A DNA stretch of 64,000 bases from Piedraia hortae CBS 480.64 (lineage: Eukaryota). The position numbers were made by a program, and so were the translations under genes. Under the pieces are notes generated by a model. The model was not told the origin of the DNA, did no database searches, and saw only the letters and a list, made by a program, of their open reading frames with translations. Positions 45,034 to 57,772 of the stretch are shown here, one piece after another. Where the stretch lies: contig MU005974.1 in NCBI GenBank assembly GCA_010093745.1, positions 62,001 through 126,000 on the forward strand. Reading direction: 5' to 3'. Every line of letters begins with the position of its first letter. Position 1 is the stretch's first letter.

Positions 45034-48000
45034 ATGCCCAGCATGCCTGAATGGATGGGGCGCTTGAAATTGAAGAGTAAAATGCAGCCATTTTCCACTT
45101 CAAATGCCGCCACTTCACAGCTTTCAACTCCAATCCCACAGGCCGCGCATTCCACTCCACAGCCTTCCCAATCTTTTCAGCTACACAGCACGCCTGTCCA
45201 TGCTTCAGTTGCAGTGGTAGCTCCAAGCAACCCCTTTCGAAAGAAGAGCCAGTTGATGGTTGATGCCCTAGCCAAGCTTCCCTCCGACGATCGTAAGTTT
45301 GTTGAGGGGCAACTGGGTCCAAACAATGATGTGGCAAGAGATGTAGCTAGAATCATGGCCCTAAGAGGACGAAACCAAAGTAAACGGTCCAACCAGTATA
45401 TTGTCGGGATGAAGAAGGTTGCATGCCAGATCATGCAATTTGCGCCGGTATTAGACGTCGCAACAAATATCAAAACAGAGGTCCTTAGCCTGCCGTGGGC
45501 CGGCATCCGCTCTCTCCTGATGGTATGTATCTATGATGTAGTGTCAACCTTGAATATCACCAGTTCTAGGTGGCCCAGATGTCACAAGAGCAGAGTGAGT
45601 CAATCTTGGAGGGGGCCGAAATTGCGCTCGACACAAGCTACCTTCTCAACGTATACTTTGACGTATACAATCGACTCAATGGGTCGCCCACAATAGGTCA
45701 TCTGTATGACAATATTGCCAAACTATACGGGCTCATTTTGATATTCTTGGCACACGCGCAAAGCACATCCCATGCGAGAGCTGTCAATTTTGAGGCATCC
45801 GAGGAGCAGCGAATTTGGGTTAATGAACAGTTGGAAGAGCTTAAGAAGGCCCAGAGAGAGATCAATGATGGGGTTCAGGGCGTACAACGGACACTGGATC
45901 TAAGTGCTCTCCCCTCGGCCACCGGGGCAGCTTACAACTCCATAGACTACCGCAATCATGGCCATAATGGCGAACTGCAATTGTGTCTGAGCGATACACG
46001 GATCTGTATCAGACAGACTATTCTGAATTGGGCTACCACCGCCAATGATCAACAAATATTTTGGCTGTCTGGGAAAGCTGGAACGGGCAAATCCACAATT
46101 GCGCGAACTGTTGCCCATGAACTGGCGAAACAAGGATACTTGGTGGGAAGCTTCTTCTTTAAGCGCGGCCAGGGTGAACTCAGCGATGTGTGTAGCCTGT
46201 TCCCCACCCTGGCCAGACAAATGGCCGATTCAATACCTACCATTAGCGACAAAATTGCTGCCGCCTCCCACGGCTCACCTCCTGTAAAAGAAAGGCCATT
46301 GACAAGCCAGTTCGACACGCTTGTCGAAGAGCCACTTTCGGGGTACAGCACGGGTCTAGCGACAGATGTCAGGGTAATTGTAATCGATGCTCTCGACGAG
46401 TGCGAGAACTTGGAAGCAATAGGTCATGCCATGACTTTTTGGCCAAAACTCGGTGCCCACACTTCCATGAACTTGAGGATTTTCGTGACGAGCCGGTCGG
46501 ACATCAACATCGGGGCTAAGCTCGGTCAGCTCGGGTCGAGATACCTCCATCATGAGAGGCTTGAACACTTTCAAAGGGATACTATCAAGCATGACTTGAC
46601 AATGTTCTGTCACGATGAGCTGCGGAAGCTTCGCGAGGCGAGCAGGAATGACTTGAGCTATGATGAACTAGAGGATGATTGGCCAGGAGAAGTCGTTGTT
46701 AACAAACTTGTTGACATATCTCAGCCACTGTTTATCGCGGCATCCACGATATTCAGGGAAGTGAGGAACAATCCTCGAAAGCGGCTTCGAGAATGGGTCG
46801 ACCGGCTCAACTTCACTGAAACGGATGCACTGACCGTGATTTACTCTGATATTCTGAAACAAGCCGCTGATCTCGACAATGAGTGGCTCCAATTGTTCAG
46901 TCAAATCATCAAACCAATCGCCCTACTGAATTCCCCACTCACCATTCCGGCGCTAACATACCTGTTCGGAGAAGGAGACGACATGGCCGTCCCTAATGCT
47001 CTTAAACCTTTGAGTTCAGTGATTGAATTTCCAAGCGGGAAGGAGGTGAAGGCGGGTATCCAGGCTCCGGTACGGATATATCACGAATCCTTTCGTGACT
47101 TCCTTGTGGGTTTCAATGACAGAGGCCGACCTCAATTCTGTATTGACAAAGGAGAGACACACGGTTTTGTCCTGCGCAAATGCATAGACTTGCTCCAAAA
47201 AATGCTAGGCCGCGATGTGTGTAAACTAAAAGATCCCGGGACAGAACGCAAAGCCGTGTCAGCCGAGCATATCCAAAGACACATCCCAGAGTCAGTGCAG
47301 TACGCATGTTGTAATTGGGTTAGTCATGCAATTCACAGCAATCAGACAATTCAAGATGATGGACAGGTCGATCGTTTCTTGCGCACATGTTTTCTTTTCT
47401 GGGCAGAGGCAATGACATGGCTGGAAAAGCTCGGGGAAATGATATTGAGCCTGAAGCAGTTGCAAAAAGCCATCGATGTAAGTATCGTGCTCATTTTGAC
47501 AGAAGAGAGTCTCATTGACTTCACACAGGCGAAATGCTCACCTGGGTTGCAATCACTTGTTGCCGATGCTCTGAGATGGGTGCCAGCACATCGGATTATG
47601 ATGAGCGATGAGCCTCTTCAACATATATCTCAGCACTGGCCTTTGCGCCGAGCAAAAGTGTTATTCGAAGCATCTTCAAACATGAGATGGAGGACTTCTT
47701 GCTAGTCTGGCCACCAGTCACAACCAATTGGGGTCCTAAGTTGCAAACTCTGAGGGGGCATGCGGAGGCCATATTGAAGATAAAGCCTTCAACCGACGGG
47801 AAAAGGCTGGTGAGCACATCCCGGGATCGAACAGTACGATTGTGGGACATTGAAAGCGGGACCGAGGAATGGCGTGTGAAGGTTGCATCATACAAATCAA
47901 CGTCATCAATCTCTGAAAAAGGCGTTGTACTCATTGCTGGCTTCAACGGAGAATTATTGAAATGGAGTTTGGAAGAGGGAGTCAACCGAGTTGACTTGAA

Positions 48001-49624
48001 ACTGCCCGACACTGCATATTGCGTTTCAGTCTCTCCAAAAGGCCGATACTCTGCCTGGGGCCTAGGCAGAGGCGGGATCTTTATAAAGGATGTTGACAAC
48101 GACACCGGAGAGTTAATCAAATGCCACAATTCTACAGTGCGTTGCATGGTGTTCTCGACGGATAACGAGTTGTTTTCTGGATCTACGGAGATCTGGAGAT
48201 GGAGCACAGAAGCCGGGAATGAAATGATCTGCCAAGTAGGTTCTGACGTTGAATTCCTCGCCGTTTCACCGAATAGCAACCTCATCGTGTTTTGGACCTC
48301 AACTAGCCTTGGGTCTTCAGCTGGCTCGCGGGAATCCTCCTTTTCGTCCCATCTTGGCACGGTCTTGGTATGTCGATGCGATACTCGAGACGTAGAGTGG
48401 GTAATGGAATTGAAAGTGCAGTCATTCTGCTTTTTCACAATAACTCCAGATAACCAGCAGGTTTTGATTTCAGCTGGCGAAGATGTTTTCCTGTACGACT
48501 TCGAAACCAAACGTAAGCCAAGGATTGTGTTTTCAGAACGCATTTACAGAACGACTATGGCATTCTCGCCCGACGGAAAATCAATCTGGGCTGGTGATGT
48601 TGATGGGTCGGTGATACAACTGGACGCCGAGTTGGCAATGCGGAGTCAGCTGCACCGACCAGGAACTGCTATTATATCATTGTCAACGGATGGCCGGTCG
48701 CTCGCCTCATGGCCTCCGGGAAACCAGCTCAGTCTTTGGAACACTGAAACGCAGGTTTGCAAACAATGGTTATCAGACGAAAGACTTTCAAATTTGTCAG
48801 ATCGCCTCCTGCTGATCTCATCAGACAGTCGTTTCGTGGTTGCTGCCAACCTGTCCACACCCTCAGACAATGCGGTATTGATATGGGACCCTGAAACAAC
48901 TTCATTGAGACAGCTAAGACACAAGCTAGGTCACATTTCAGCTCTGACAATATCTCCAGACAGCGAAATACTCTTTTGCGGCTTGTCTGACGGCCAAATC
49001 TGGACCTTTGAACTGAAAAGTGGCGCCCGGTCCAAGACGTTCCTGGGGCATACGAGCTGGATCAGAGAGATTGTGTTCTCACCCAACGAGCGAGACTTTG
49101 CATCGGTATCATCTGATGACACAACAAGAATTTGGAATATTCACAAGCAAGATCCGTTGCTGCTAAGCGAAGATGACTTTGCGCTGCCCGTATCTTTCTC
49201 CGCAGACGGTCAGAAGCTATACAAATTTGACGACTGCAATGCCGTATATGAATGGGACATTGAAGAAGCGAGCATAACGCGAAAACTTGATGCGACGAAT
49301 TTAACGGCTTATTATGGATCGATACTCTTCAACGGTCGATTTGTGCATGCATCTTATCTGCCAGTCCTGCGCACCATAGGGGCCAATGAAGTTGATCTGA
49401 CTCAGACGCGGGCAGATTCCTTGGTAACGTTTCGGGAACGCGACTTTTTGGTCCTGCAGTTATATCTTTACAGTGGATGGGTCACTGTTGACGGTCGGAA
49501 TACATTCAAGCTCCCGTTTCCGCTGTGCCAAGACAATTGGATCTCGTGCGGGCGAACGATTGTTGTTCCCAACGTTGAGACTGGTTTTATAGTATTAAAA
49601 CTCACGGGCAAAATCTCTTTTTAA
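45034..49624 (+). pseudogene. NACHT-WD40 NLR copy C, split by a single 1-bp frameshift (possibly a sequencing error)
   Basis: Introns 45523-45569 and 47478-47528. CTTCAACATAT at about 47616-47626 versus CTTCAAACATAT in copy B. Upstream frame stops at 47705; the WD40 frame 47687-49624 is fully open. Exon 2 is 99 nt shorter than in copies A and B. Confidence 0.88.
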
Positions 49625-50929
49625 TTTGTTTCACTACCTTAGCACGCACTTCCTTTTCCACATTAACAAATACCCACCATAAAAGGCTGCTCCGAAATTG
49701 GAACTGTCGGAGATCAAACACTCCGAGCTCAAACTATGTGAGGTAAATACTCCAGAAGTGGATTCTACATGAATGCCTAGGCTGTAAGGTTACTCGAAAT
49801 TGACGAAGGTGCAGCATGTGTATGTAGCAGTTGTAAGATGAAGTGTGGTACATCGAATACACAGAGACCACATCACCGAGCACGCACGGAGCATAAAGGA
49901 GACCGTGCCTCGTCCAAGGATATTCTTCCTCCAGAGGTAAACATCATAAGAAGCGCCGATCTCTATCTCGGGTCCTCCAAGAGGTGTATTACATTCGGTA
50001 AGTGCGCAATCATGCCAAAGGATATAGAACAGTCCTATTTTCCAATGTTTTCGCGCGATCACAACTGAAAACAACCGGGGCAGTCCTTGATGATAAGGTT
50101 TGAACAGACTTTACGCGACTCTTTCGCGCCATCCGCTTGAAAATCATGCAGTAGCGACTTAATGTACCCACTGAACACCCATGGCTGATTGACATGTTGA
50201 TGTTAGTCGGAAGCCGGTCCCAATAGAGTTAGGGCGACCGGTAACCTCACCTCATCTAGAGTCTTGATAGCAAGGCAACAATAACAACATTGTCTTTCGT
50301 GTCACCTCCCATTCCCATATTCACTACAATCATCATACGGTCCACAAACTTCTTAGAACTCTCTGTCTATGATTCCTTTCTAGGAAAGCCGTACTGAGTT
50401 GAGTGTGGATGTCTTGACCACTGCGTGCACACTCTTAATCAACACAAACGCGATTAGCACCACACAGAACTCTCTTACATAGTTATAAATCTGCTAGAAC
50501 GGGCATGCTCTGGAGATTGACATGGCACTCTTTGCGATTGCTCACAGTTCTACTCGTGACGTATATATTACGATTTGTGCCAAAGTACATCATTGCGAGA
50601 AGGGAATCAGTGCAGCAGGAGGGAAAAGGAGAGAGCAGAATTAGTTATTGTTGTCCCGTCACGACAAGCGATTCTCAACAGATGTACCATGTGAAAATTT
50701 GAATTGTATAAAACAAACTTCTGGTCCTTTTGTAAAGATGTACCGTAGAATAAGGTACTGTAGGTACATGGACGCATATACTTACAAGGAGTACTTAGCG
50801 ATAGCAAATCATGCTCCATGCTCAATGACATGCTAAAAAGCCTCGAGCCCAATCTCAGGCAATGAACTACAGTCATGGCAGTGGACCTATCCTCGCTATT
50901 GGGAATTTCAGGGTCCGCCAGTACTAAAT

Positions 50930-51110
50930 CCAATCTTCTTGACACAGCGGATGCTGGGTTTTAGAATAGACCATCTAGCAAGATGCGATCACCGGAAAAA
51001 GTTCGCTGAACAAACCCAGCGCCCAGTCTCGCGTTTCCAAACAGTGAAAGAGCATTTGTTGATGCCGATGAATCCATGTATGCTTGAGTTCGGTCAACTT
51101 CTCTGGCCCC
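50930..51110 (-). mobile_element. Possible degenerate LTR-retroelement aspartic protease relic
   Basis: AYMDSSASTNALS...RLG resembles the retropepsin LxDSGASxNFIS motif. Short and weak. Confidence 0.25.
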
Positions 51111-51641
51111 TAGCTTGAGTTGGAAAGGCAGCACATCTAAAACATTGGGAGACAGGCTGACATCAGATCGTGAACACATCAGTACACCGAAGGAAATGGG
51201 CACAGAGATATGATCCCAGAGACTAGAGAGGGTAGAATGATAACCTATATCTGGGGGCGCCTGCAGGCCTATGAACTGTTGACTATGAGAAAGGGCGCCA
51301 ACTTCGACAAAGCAGTGCTGTCTGAAAGGAGATAAGCTGTCGAGTAGAACTTCCCAGGGGTTTATCTCAACGAAAATGCTCCCTTGGGGGTAAGATCACA
51401 TCACGGGACATGGTCTTGGCAAATGCATTTCGGGTTGTACCGGTTTGTCGGGCAGTCTCGGCACACAAGTCTACACTTCAATTTCTCCTTTTGATAGAAA
51501 CTGATAGATGTTTTTCTTGCTCCCAACACACACGTGTCCGCCATCAAAAATCCACTAGGTCGGCCTCTGGTATGGAGTCACCGTGAACGACTTGGGTTTC
51601 GGTAGGAGGCGGATCGGCCACAGCTCCGGATCTGTGAATTG

Positions 51642-51664
51642 TTTTTTTTTTTTTTTTTTTTTTT
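51642..51664. repeat. Poly(T)23 tract
   Basis: 23 consecutive T. Confidence 0.95.
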
Positions 51665-52139
51665 GCGTGTGCAACTTGGCTAACTTGTTTGCTGAGCATT
51701 GACAGTGCAAATGTACGTGCTTGATTGGGTATCTTCCGCGAGGCATTTGCTTGGCTGTCTGTGGGAGGATGGTGGCGTGACACTCCTTGTCAAAATTGCT
51801 GTGATTGGGCGTACATCTATAGGTCAGTTAGCCCGGTGATCGCGACGTCCACATCACGAAACTAACCCCGGCAGTATCCTCAAGAACTTTAGAAGTTGCG
51901 GGAGTCGAAGCAGTATGGACATCATCGAAAGAGTCTGGCGCCGGCTTGGTGTTATGGCATTTCCAGCGTTAAGAATTGCAGTCCGACAGAGCCACCCGTA
52001 CACCTAGTTTGCTCTCGTTATCCTCCTGGGCTTATACGCAGGCACAGAGAAATTAAAGATGGCCCACAACAAAGGCAATCTGAATGTCGAGTTCCTTCGG
52101 AGAATCTGCTCGACTGCATGCGAACTAAACCATGTCTGG

Positions 52140-52250
52140 CATGTGCTTGTATTAATTCTGGATCCTGTGCCAGCGCAATTGCCCCTTGGTTATCACCAAA
52201 CAGGATTGTGGCCGAGATTGTGTAATGTCTCTGCTTTCCGTTGTGAGCAA
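52140..52250 (-). mobile_element. Ty1/copia RNase H fragment
   Basis: TILFGDNQGAIALAQDPE matches the copia DNQGAIALAxNPE motif; a frameshifted TTEAE-like stretch lies just upstream on the same strand. Confidence 0.6.
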
Positions 52251-52815
52251 CAAATTTTTGCCAGATGTGTGACGGTGAAGTTATCTTCGACGTTATTGCC
52301 AGAAACGTATGCATAAAAAATTGTTTGCGTCGGTGTTTTTGCATATAGACTAACATCCCAGATTCATCTGCCCACTCTCTCGACTCATTTTCCCAAAATC
52401 CATACCACTGCCACACTGTTCGTTGGGAGATGTGATCAGGAAAAAATTCATCGTAGAGACCAAAACCTTACATATCCCGGGAACTCGAGCACCCTCGCCT
52501 GTCAACCGCCTAGCTCGCAGATCCGTGCATCGTCTGAGTTAAAAAAATATTTCGATGACAATTCCGAATGGATCGCGGCCTCCTAGCAAATAACAGATTC
52601 GCAGCCTCTATTGCCTTAACGACTGCAGCCTCAGGACTCCTTCAATCAGATCCCCATGAAAGACCTCCCGATCTCCCTGTCATGATGGATTTCTTCGAGT
52701 ACCACCGCCTGACAGAGGTCATGACTGAAGTGCTTGTAGAGTTTTTGATTCTGACAAGTTGCTCGAAACAATGGCCCCCTGCCGGTAGCTGGTCCGAGAG
52801 ACCTTAGTAGCCCAA

Positions 52816-53232
52816 CTCGCACACTTGCGAGTCAGTTCTCCACAAACCGAGCCCTATGTCGGAGGCAAGAACGCTGATACCTGGACAAGCACTGTGAAAG
52901 ACAGGATTGCGTCGTCTATGTCTGCTGGCCACGAAACGATGATACGTATTAACCAAAACCCTTGAAGCGCCGGAAAGGTGAGGAGCCTGTCATCTCAACA
53001 TCCCATTGCACAGATTCGCCAGTCGGTGCTCTACAAACCGAGCCGTGTGTTAGAGTCAAAAACTTGATGGCGTATGAGTGCCTAGTCTAAGCGAGCAACA
53101 ACCACGAAAACCATCATTGGCAAGCAGCCTTCTATCTCAGCATCCCACCTCGCAGATCCGCGAGTCAGCTTTCAAAAGGCTGAGCCTTGTATCAGAGTCA
53201 AGAACCCCGATGACTGGAACAGCACAGTGAGA
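52816..53232 (+). repeat. Three degenerate dispersed repeats of about 70-90 bp
   Basis: Core ...GAGTCAG...GAGCC...AGAGTCAA(G/A)AAC...GAT recurs, with mismatches, near 52816, 53005 and 53149. Confidence 0.65.
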
Positions 53233-53893
53233 GTGAGAGGTATATAGTGTCGGATCACTCGGCTTTAAATGAAGGTGAATTTGTGCGAGTTTGTGTTGTG
53301 AATATGCGGTATATTACGCGTATTATTAGTAATCGGTGTTCGGCTCTCTCAACTTGACGCGTCAACTAGTTTTCCGTAGAGACTTGTATGCATACTGATA
53401 CACATCTACTCACAATTGTAACTGTTTGTGTTTGTGTGTGAGTGGGGTCAAATGTCACCCCATATGAGGGGCACTGGTCTGAGCGCTCGCACTTGATGGG
53501 GTCAACCGAGATCATGTCATCTAGCACACACATTAGCAAGGACGGGATCGCAAATTTCGTAATGATTTCGTGTATTACTCTTCCACACAGCAAGGTTTGT
53601 TCCGGTTCGGGACGGCTCTGGATGCCAAGACTTTCTTTTCATTATGCTGGATAAGTAGGAGTGGCGATGTTTTGTTCCAGTTGTACCGTTTGGTGCTTTC
53701 ACCCAACGAGAGAACAGGCAGTTGTAGAGGCATTGTGAATAAGGCGTCTCGTGAGTCCCTAGCATCAAACCCTGCCTAAAAGGGCAAACACCCCCTTAAC
53801 GATTGAGAAACAACCACGGTAAGCCCCCAAGCTAGGGATAGACAACCTCACACGTCTAACGATAGGTACATACTCTCATTCCTGTAGTGCACT

Positions 53894-56620
53894 TTAGAAA
53901 TCGTCATCATCATCTCCAACTCTCTTCCCGTCCGAGGCCAACTTCTCCATTCTGTGTCACAAAATCAGCAACTACAGGGCAATTAGTCTCTGCAAAAAAC
54001 TCACCTGATACTCGTTCCCACCCGCGATCCACCCGAGGAGCCGGTACTCATTCCGACAGCTTTTCTTCCAGTTTCGGAAGACTCGATGAATTCTCTTAGC
54101 TTCTCCCGGAAGATTTCCAGTCCCTGCGCTGAAGCCGCGTTGGTCATTCTTAGGATCGGACCCCACAGGTTAAGGATAAATGTGACGTAGGCGCCGACAG
54201 CGATGAGGATGAGGAGGATAAAGTAGACTGGGTTGCGGAGAACTAACATAGTGTTAGTAAAGATATTATTGCTTTTGTAAAAACTTACCAGCAACAATTT
54301 CATTCCAGCCTAGGGCGAGGAGGAGGCCGTAAAAGTAGAGAGGAACCTGGGTCACGCCTCCGATGGCACTGCGCTTGGCTTCGACGTAGACGCCGTCGGC
54401 AGTCTTTTTAAACCGGGCAGAGAGGTCCTGTGCTTTCGCGTCGCTGAGCATGGTAGTTTCGTCGTCCAGGGTCTTGCCGTCTTCTGAATCGACGCCGCCA
54501 ATGGGCTGCAAGTCCTCTTCGTCTGCAGGAGAGATATCAGTAGGTGTCTCACCGACCCAGGCATCCAAAGGCGGCGGGCCGCTCGTGCGGGAGAGCCTAA
54601 AGCGGGAAAGGAGTGGGATTAGTTGGAGAGTGCTTTCGCGAGCTCGCGTGTATATGCCTTCAATATCGTCGGTTGGACGCCAGAGACGTGGAACGCCTTC
54701 CTCATCGTAGCGGAATTTGTCTTCAAAATTTTCACGAAGTTTAAGCAGCAGGTTGCCCTCCATGAGTTCTTCGTCAATCTTTCCGCGCAAGGCTCCCCAC
54801 GACTTGCGTCGGAGGCGCCAAAGACCTACTTCCACCTCATCTGGACCTGCATCCAGGCTGCGAGCGCGATCGGTAAACCGTGTCTCGGCCTGGGAAACCG
54901 TGTCGGTGAAGACGTTCCAGATGCGGTCCCAGACATCCTTTTCGCTAATGCTCTGCCCGCCGTCGGCGGGAGCGCCTGATCCGGCGCGCCCAGAGCCAAG
55001 CTTGTTGAACTCAACGCCCATACTTTCGTCCAAACGAGATCGGACCCAACGTTCGCTGCGGGTGGCTAACCGTCGCATTTCTTCCTTTCTTAGCCGAGCG
55101 CTGGCCTCATCAAGGTCTTTGGTGAATAGCTTCAACTGCTGTTTGTAGTCGCTCCAGGAAGTGTTGGCCACCGAACTTGCCTGGGCCTCGGCCTTGAACT
55201 TCTTGGTGGCCTTTTCCTTTTCGGCCACAACGATTTTCTGGAAATCGTAGGAGCCGCTCTTCTGGCCCGTCTTGACAGCGGCGCTGACAGCCTCGCTGAA
55301 ACCGCTGATGCCTTGCTTGTGGGCTGCACTCAGCTGGTTGCCAAAGAGCGTCTTGAGTCTGCCATCAACTTTGTCCTGAAGCTCGACCAATTTTCGTTTA
55401 TACACAGCTTTGTGATACCTGCTGGCTGCTTCTTCAAACGCCGACATCAATGCCGCTCGGGCCGTGCCCATTTTTTTGCCCAACTCTCCAATAACGTCTG
55501 GCTTCCCAGCAGCAATAGCCTGGCTCTGCAGTGCTTCCAACGGGACAATAACGGCGTCGAAGGCTACGAGGACTTCCTTTGCAATCTCATCGCACCTGAA
55601 CTGAGCCAGCAGCTCCTGTTGCGTTGGCAAATCAAGGTCCTTATTGCTGTCAATCTGTTCCCAGATGCCACGGGCATACATAGGAAAGCCATCGGCAGGA
55701 ATGCGACGGTGGTAGTCTGGCAGCAGCACGGGTTCGTCCAGATCGTCGCTAAGTCCCTCCTTACGGGGATCTTTGATGCCCTCGCGGAATCGCGTACCAA
55801 GTCGCTGAACCTCCTGATCGAACTTCTCTGGCTGCAGGATCTTGTGTGGGAGGGCTACAAAAGCAAAGTCAAAGTAATCTTGAATCTTGCTCTTCTCCAA
55901 GCCGGGTGGCTTGCTGAGGCCAGACCATATGCGGCTGAGGTCCTGCAGCAGCGTCTGCTTGAGATTTGCCAGTGGCGTGGTGCCCAAATGATCGCGGATG
56001 ACGAAGAACAGCAGACTCCGCGGTACGCTCTTGGAGTCCTTGAGGAACAGCTGCAGATTGACCTCAAAGACGGTCTTTAGGAGGCCCATGTTGGCGCCCT
56101 GGTAAAGGCCGACCTGGTGCTCCCAGATATTGACGATCAGCACCTCACTCGTTGCCAGCGCAAAGAGGGCGCTCTTGCGCTCAAAGTCCTGGTCCTCGCC
56201 ACGCTCGCGGCCGTCGGTGCCCTCGACGTCCATGACGAGGATGTTGTCTGCCATCTTTTCCTTCTTGTTCTTGCTCATCCAGATACCTTTTGTCGTCTGC
56301 CGCCGTTCCTGTTCGCTCATGACGCCAAACTGGGTGCCAAACAGGTAATTGAGTAGGGTGCTCTTGCCTGTGCTTTGGCTGCCAAAGACGGAGATGAGGT
56401 GGTAATTGAATCCGGCGCGCGCAACGCCCTCAAACTGCAGATACTGGCCGAGGTCATCGTTGAAGTTCTTGTCCTCGTCAATCACTTGCACGCCGTGTTC
56501 GAAATCGGTCGCTTGCCCAGCCGCGGCAAAGTGGCCGTTCATGGTCAACACCGTGGGCGCCGTCGGGTGTCGCGCCGACTGTGGCCGGCCGGGCGACAAC
56601 GCGCCCTGCGGAGACGTCAT
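53894..56620 (-). CDS. SEY1: Dynamin-like ER-fusion GTPase Sey1/RHD3
   Basis: [51 protein letters not shown]. Introns 54243-54288 and 53952-54004. Start could be 56620 or 56543. Confidence 0.96.
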
Positions 56621-56777
56621 AATGTGACAGGTGACGTCGGGTAGCCAATAACAGGGGCGGTGGTACTGCTGGTCGCCGCATCTCACGGTCACCGGAGTGA
56701 CGGTCTTACAGCTGATTAGGGTCAGGGTTGTGTTGGGTGAACCCCTCCATCAACTATCCATCGAGGGGAGGCTCGAG

Positions 56778-57516
56778 ATGACCCAACAACATTGGCAGGT
56801 CTCGTCCCTAAGTCCCAAGAGGCTCTACCTGATCTTATATAACCTCGTTTCATCCTTCTTATGGTCCATTGTTTTGAGCAGGGCGGCATCCTTTGCCTTG
56901 ACCAAGGGATTCAACCACACCTATCAAGGAGTAGGCGAATTTACAAAATGGACACAGACCCTGGCAGTCCTTGAGATACTGCATGCTGCTCTGGGTGGGT
57001 GATGGTCCAAATATTGGCACAGACACACTAAGTAAACAGGCATCGTACGAGCACCGTTGATGACGACTGTCATGCAAGTTGCTTCTCGATTGTTGCTCGT
57101 CTGGGGAATATGCCACAATTTCCCTCAAGTCCCTGCCAGCTCACTGGCCTACACCACTATGCTGGTTGCCTGGAGCTTGACAGAGGTTGTAAGGTACTCG
57201 TACTTTGCAATCAACCTCTCATCTGGCAACGTTCCAGCTTTCTTGACCTGGGCAAGATACAACGCATTCTTCGCGCTGTATCCCTTGGGTATCAGTAGCG
57301 AATGCTGGCTCGTTGGGAAGAGCATTGGCCCGGCTGCTGCACTGAATCCAGTCAATCGATGGCTGCTGTGGGCCGTCCTGGCCATCTATATTCCCGGTAT
57401 CACACGTCGCCATATGACATACCCCAAGGCTGATGATAACAGGCTCTTATTTTCTGTACACCCATATGATGGCCCAGCGGAAAAAGGTCATGCGGGCCCA
57501 GGTCAAGCAGGCCTGA
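56778..57516 (+). CDS. PHS1: Very-long-chain 3-hydroxyacyl-CoA dehydratase (PTPLA family)
   Basis: YLILYN, QTLAVLEILH, TTVMQVASR, AWSLTEVVRY, RYNAFFALYPLGISSE, LYTHMMAQRKK. Introns 56995-57039 and 57397-57442. Confidence 0.93.
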
Positions 57517-57772
57517 TCTATGCAAGCATGGAACAGGTAGTGATTAACACTGTCATAACGCTCACAAACACGCTTAGCTATATGCTGTTCCAACGCCCAA
57601 AACGCCTTGTCCATAATCTGCCCGGTACATTCCATACGTTCCCATCCAATTCTTGGATAATAAACGCCAATAGACACTTGAAAACACTGAGCAGTTTACA
57701 ATCATAAATTGGGCGATTTGGCATCAGAAAGTCGTAGCCAAAAGCCATGCATGCGAGATCTTCTTGGGCTTC

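Noticed and set aside
51642..51800. Poly(T) as the tail of a SINE/LINE insertion
   Set aside because: No exact target-site duplication or element body recognised.
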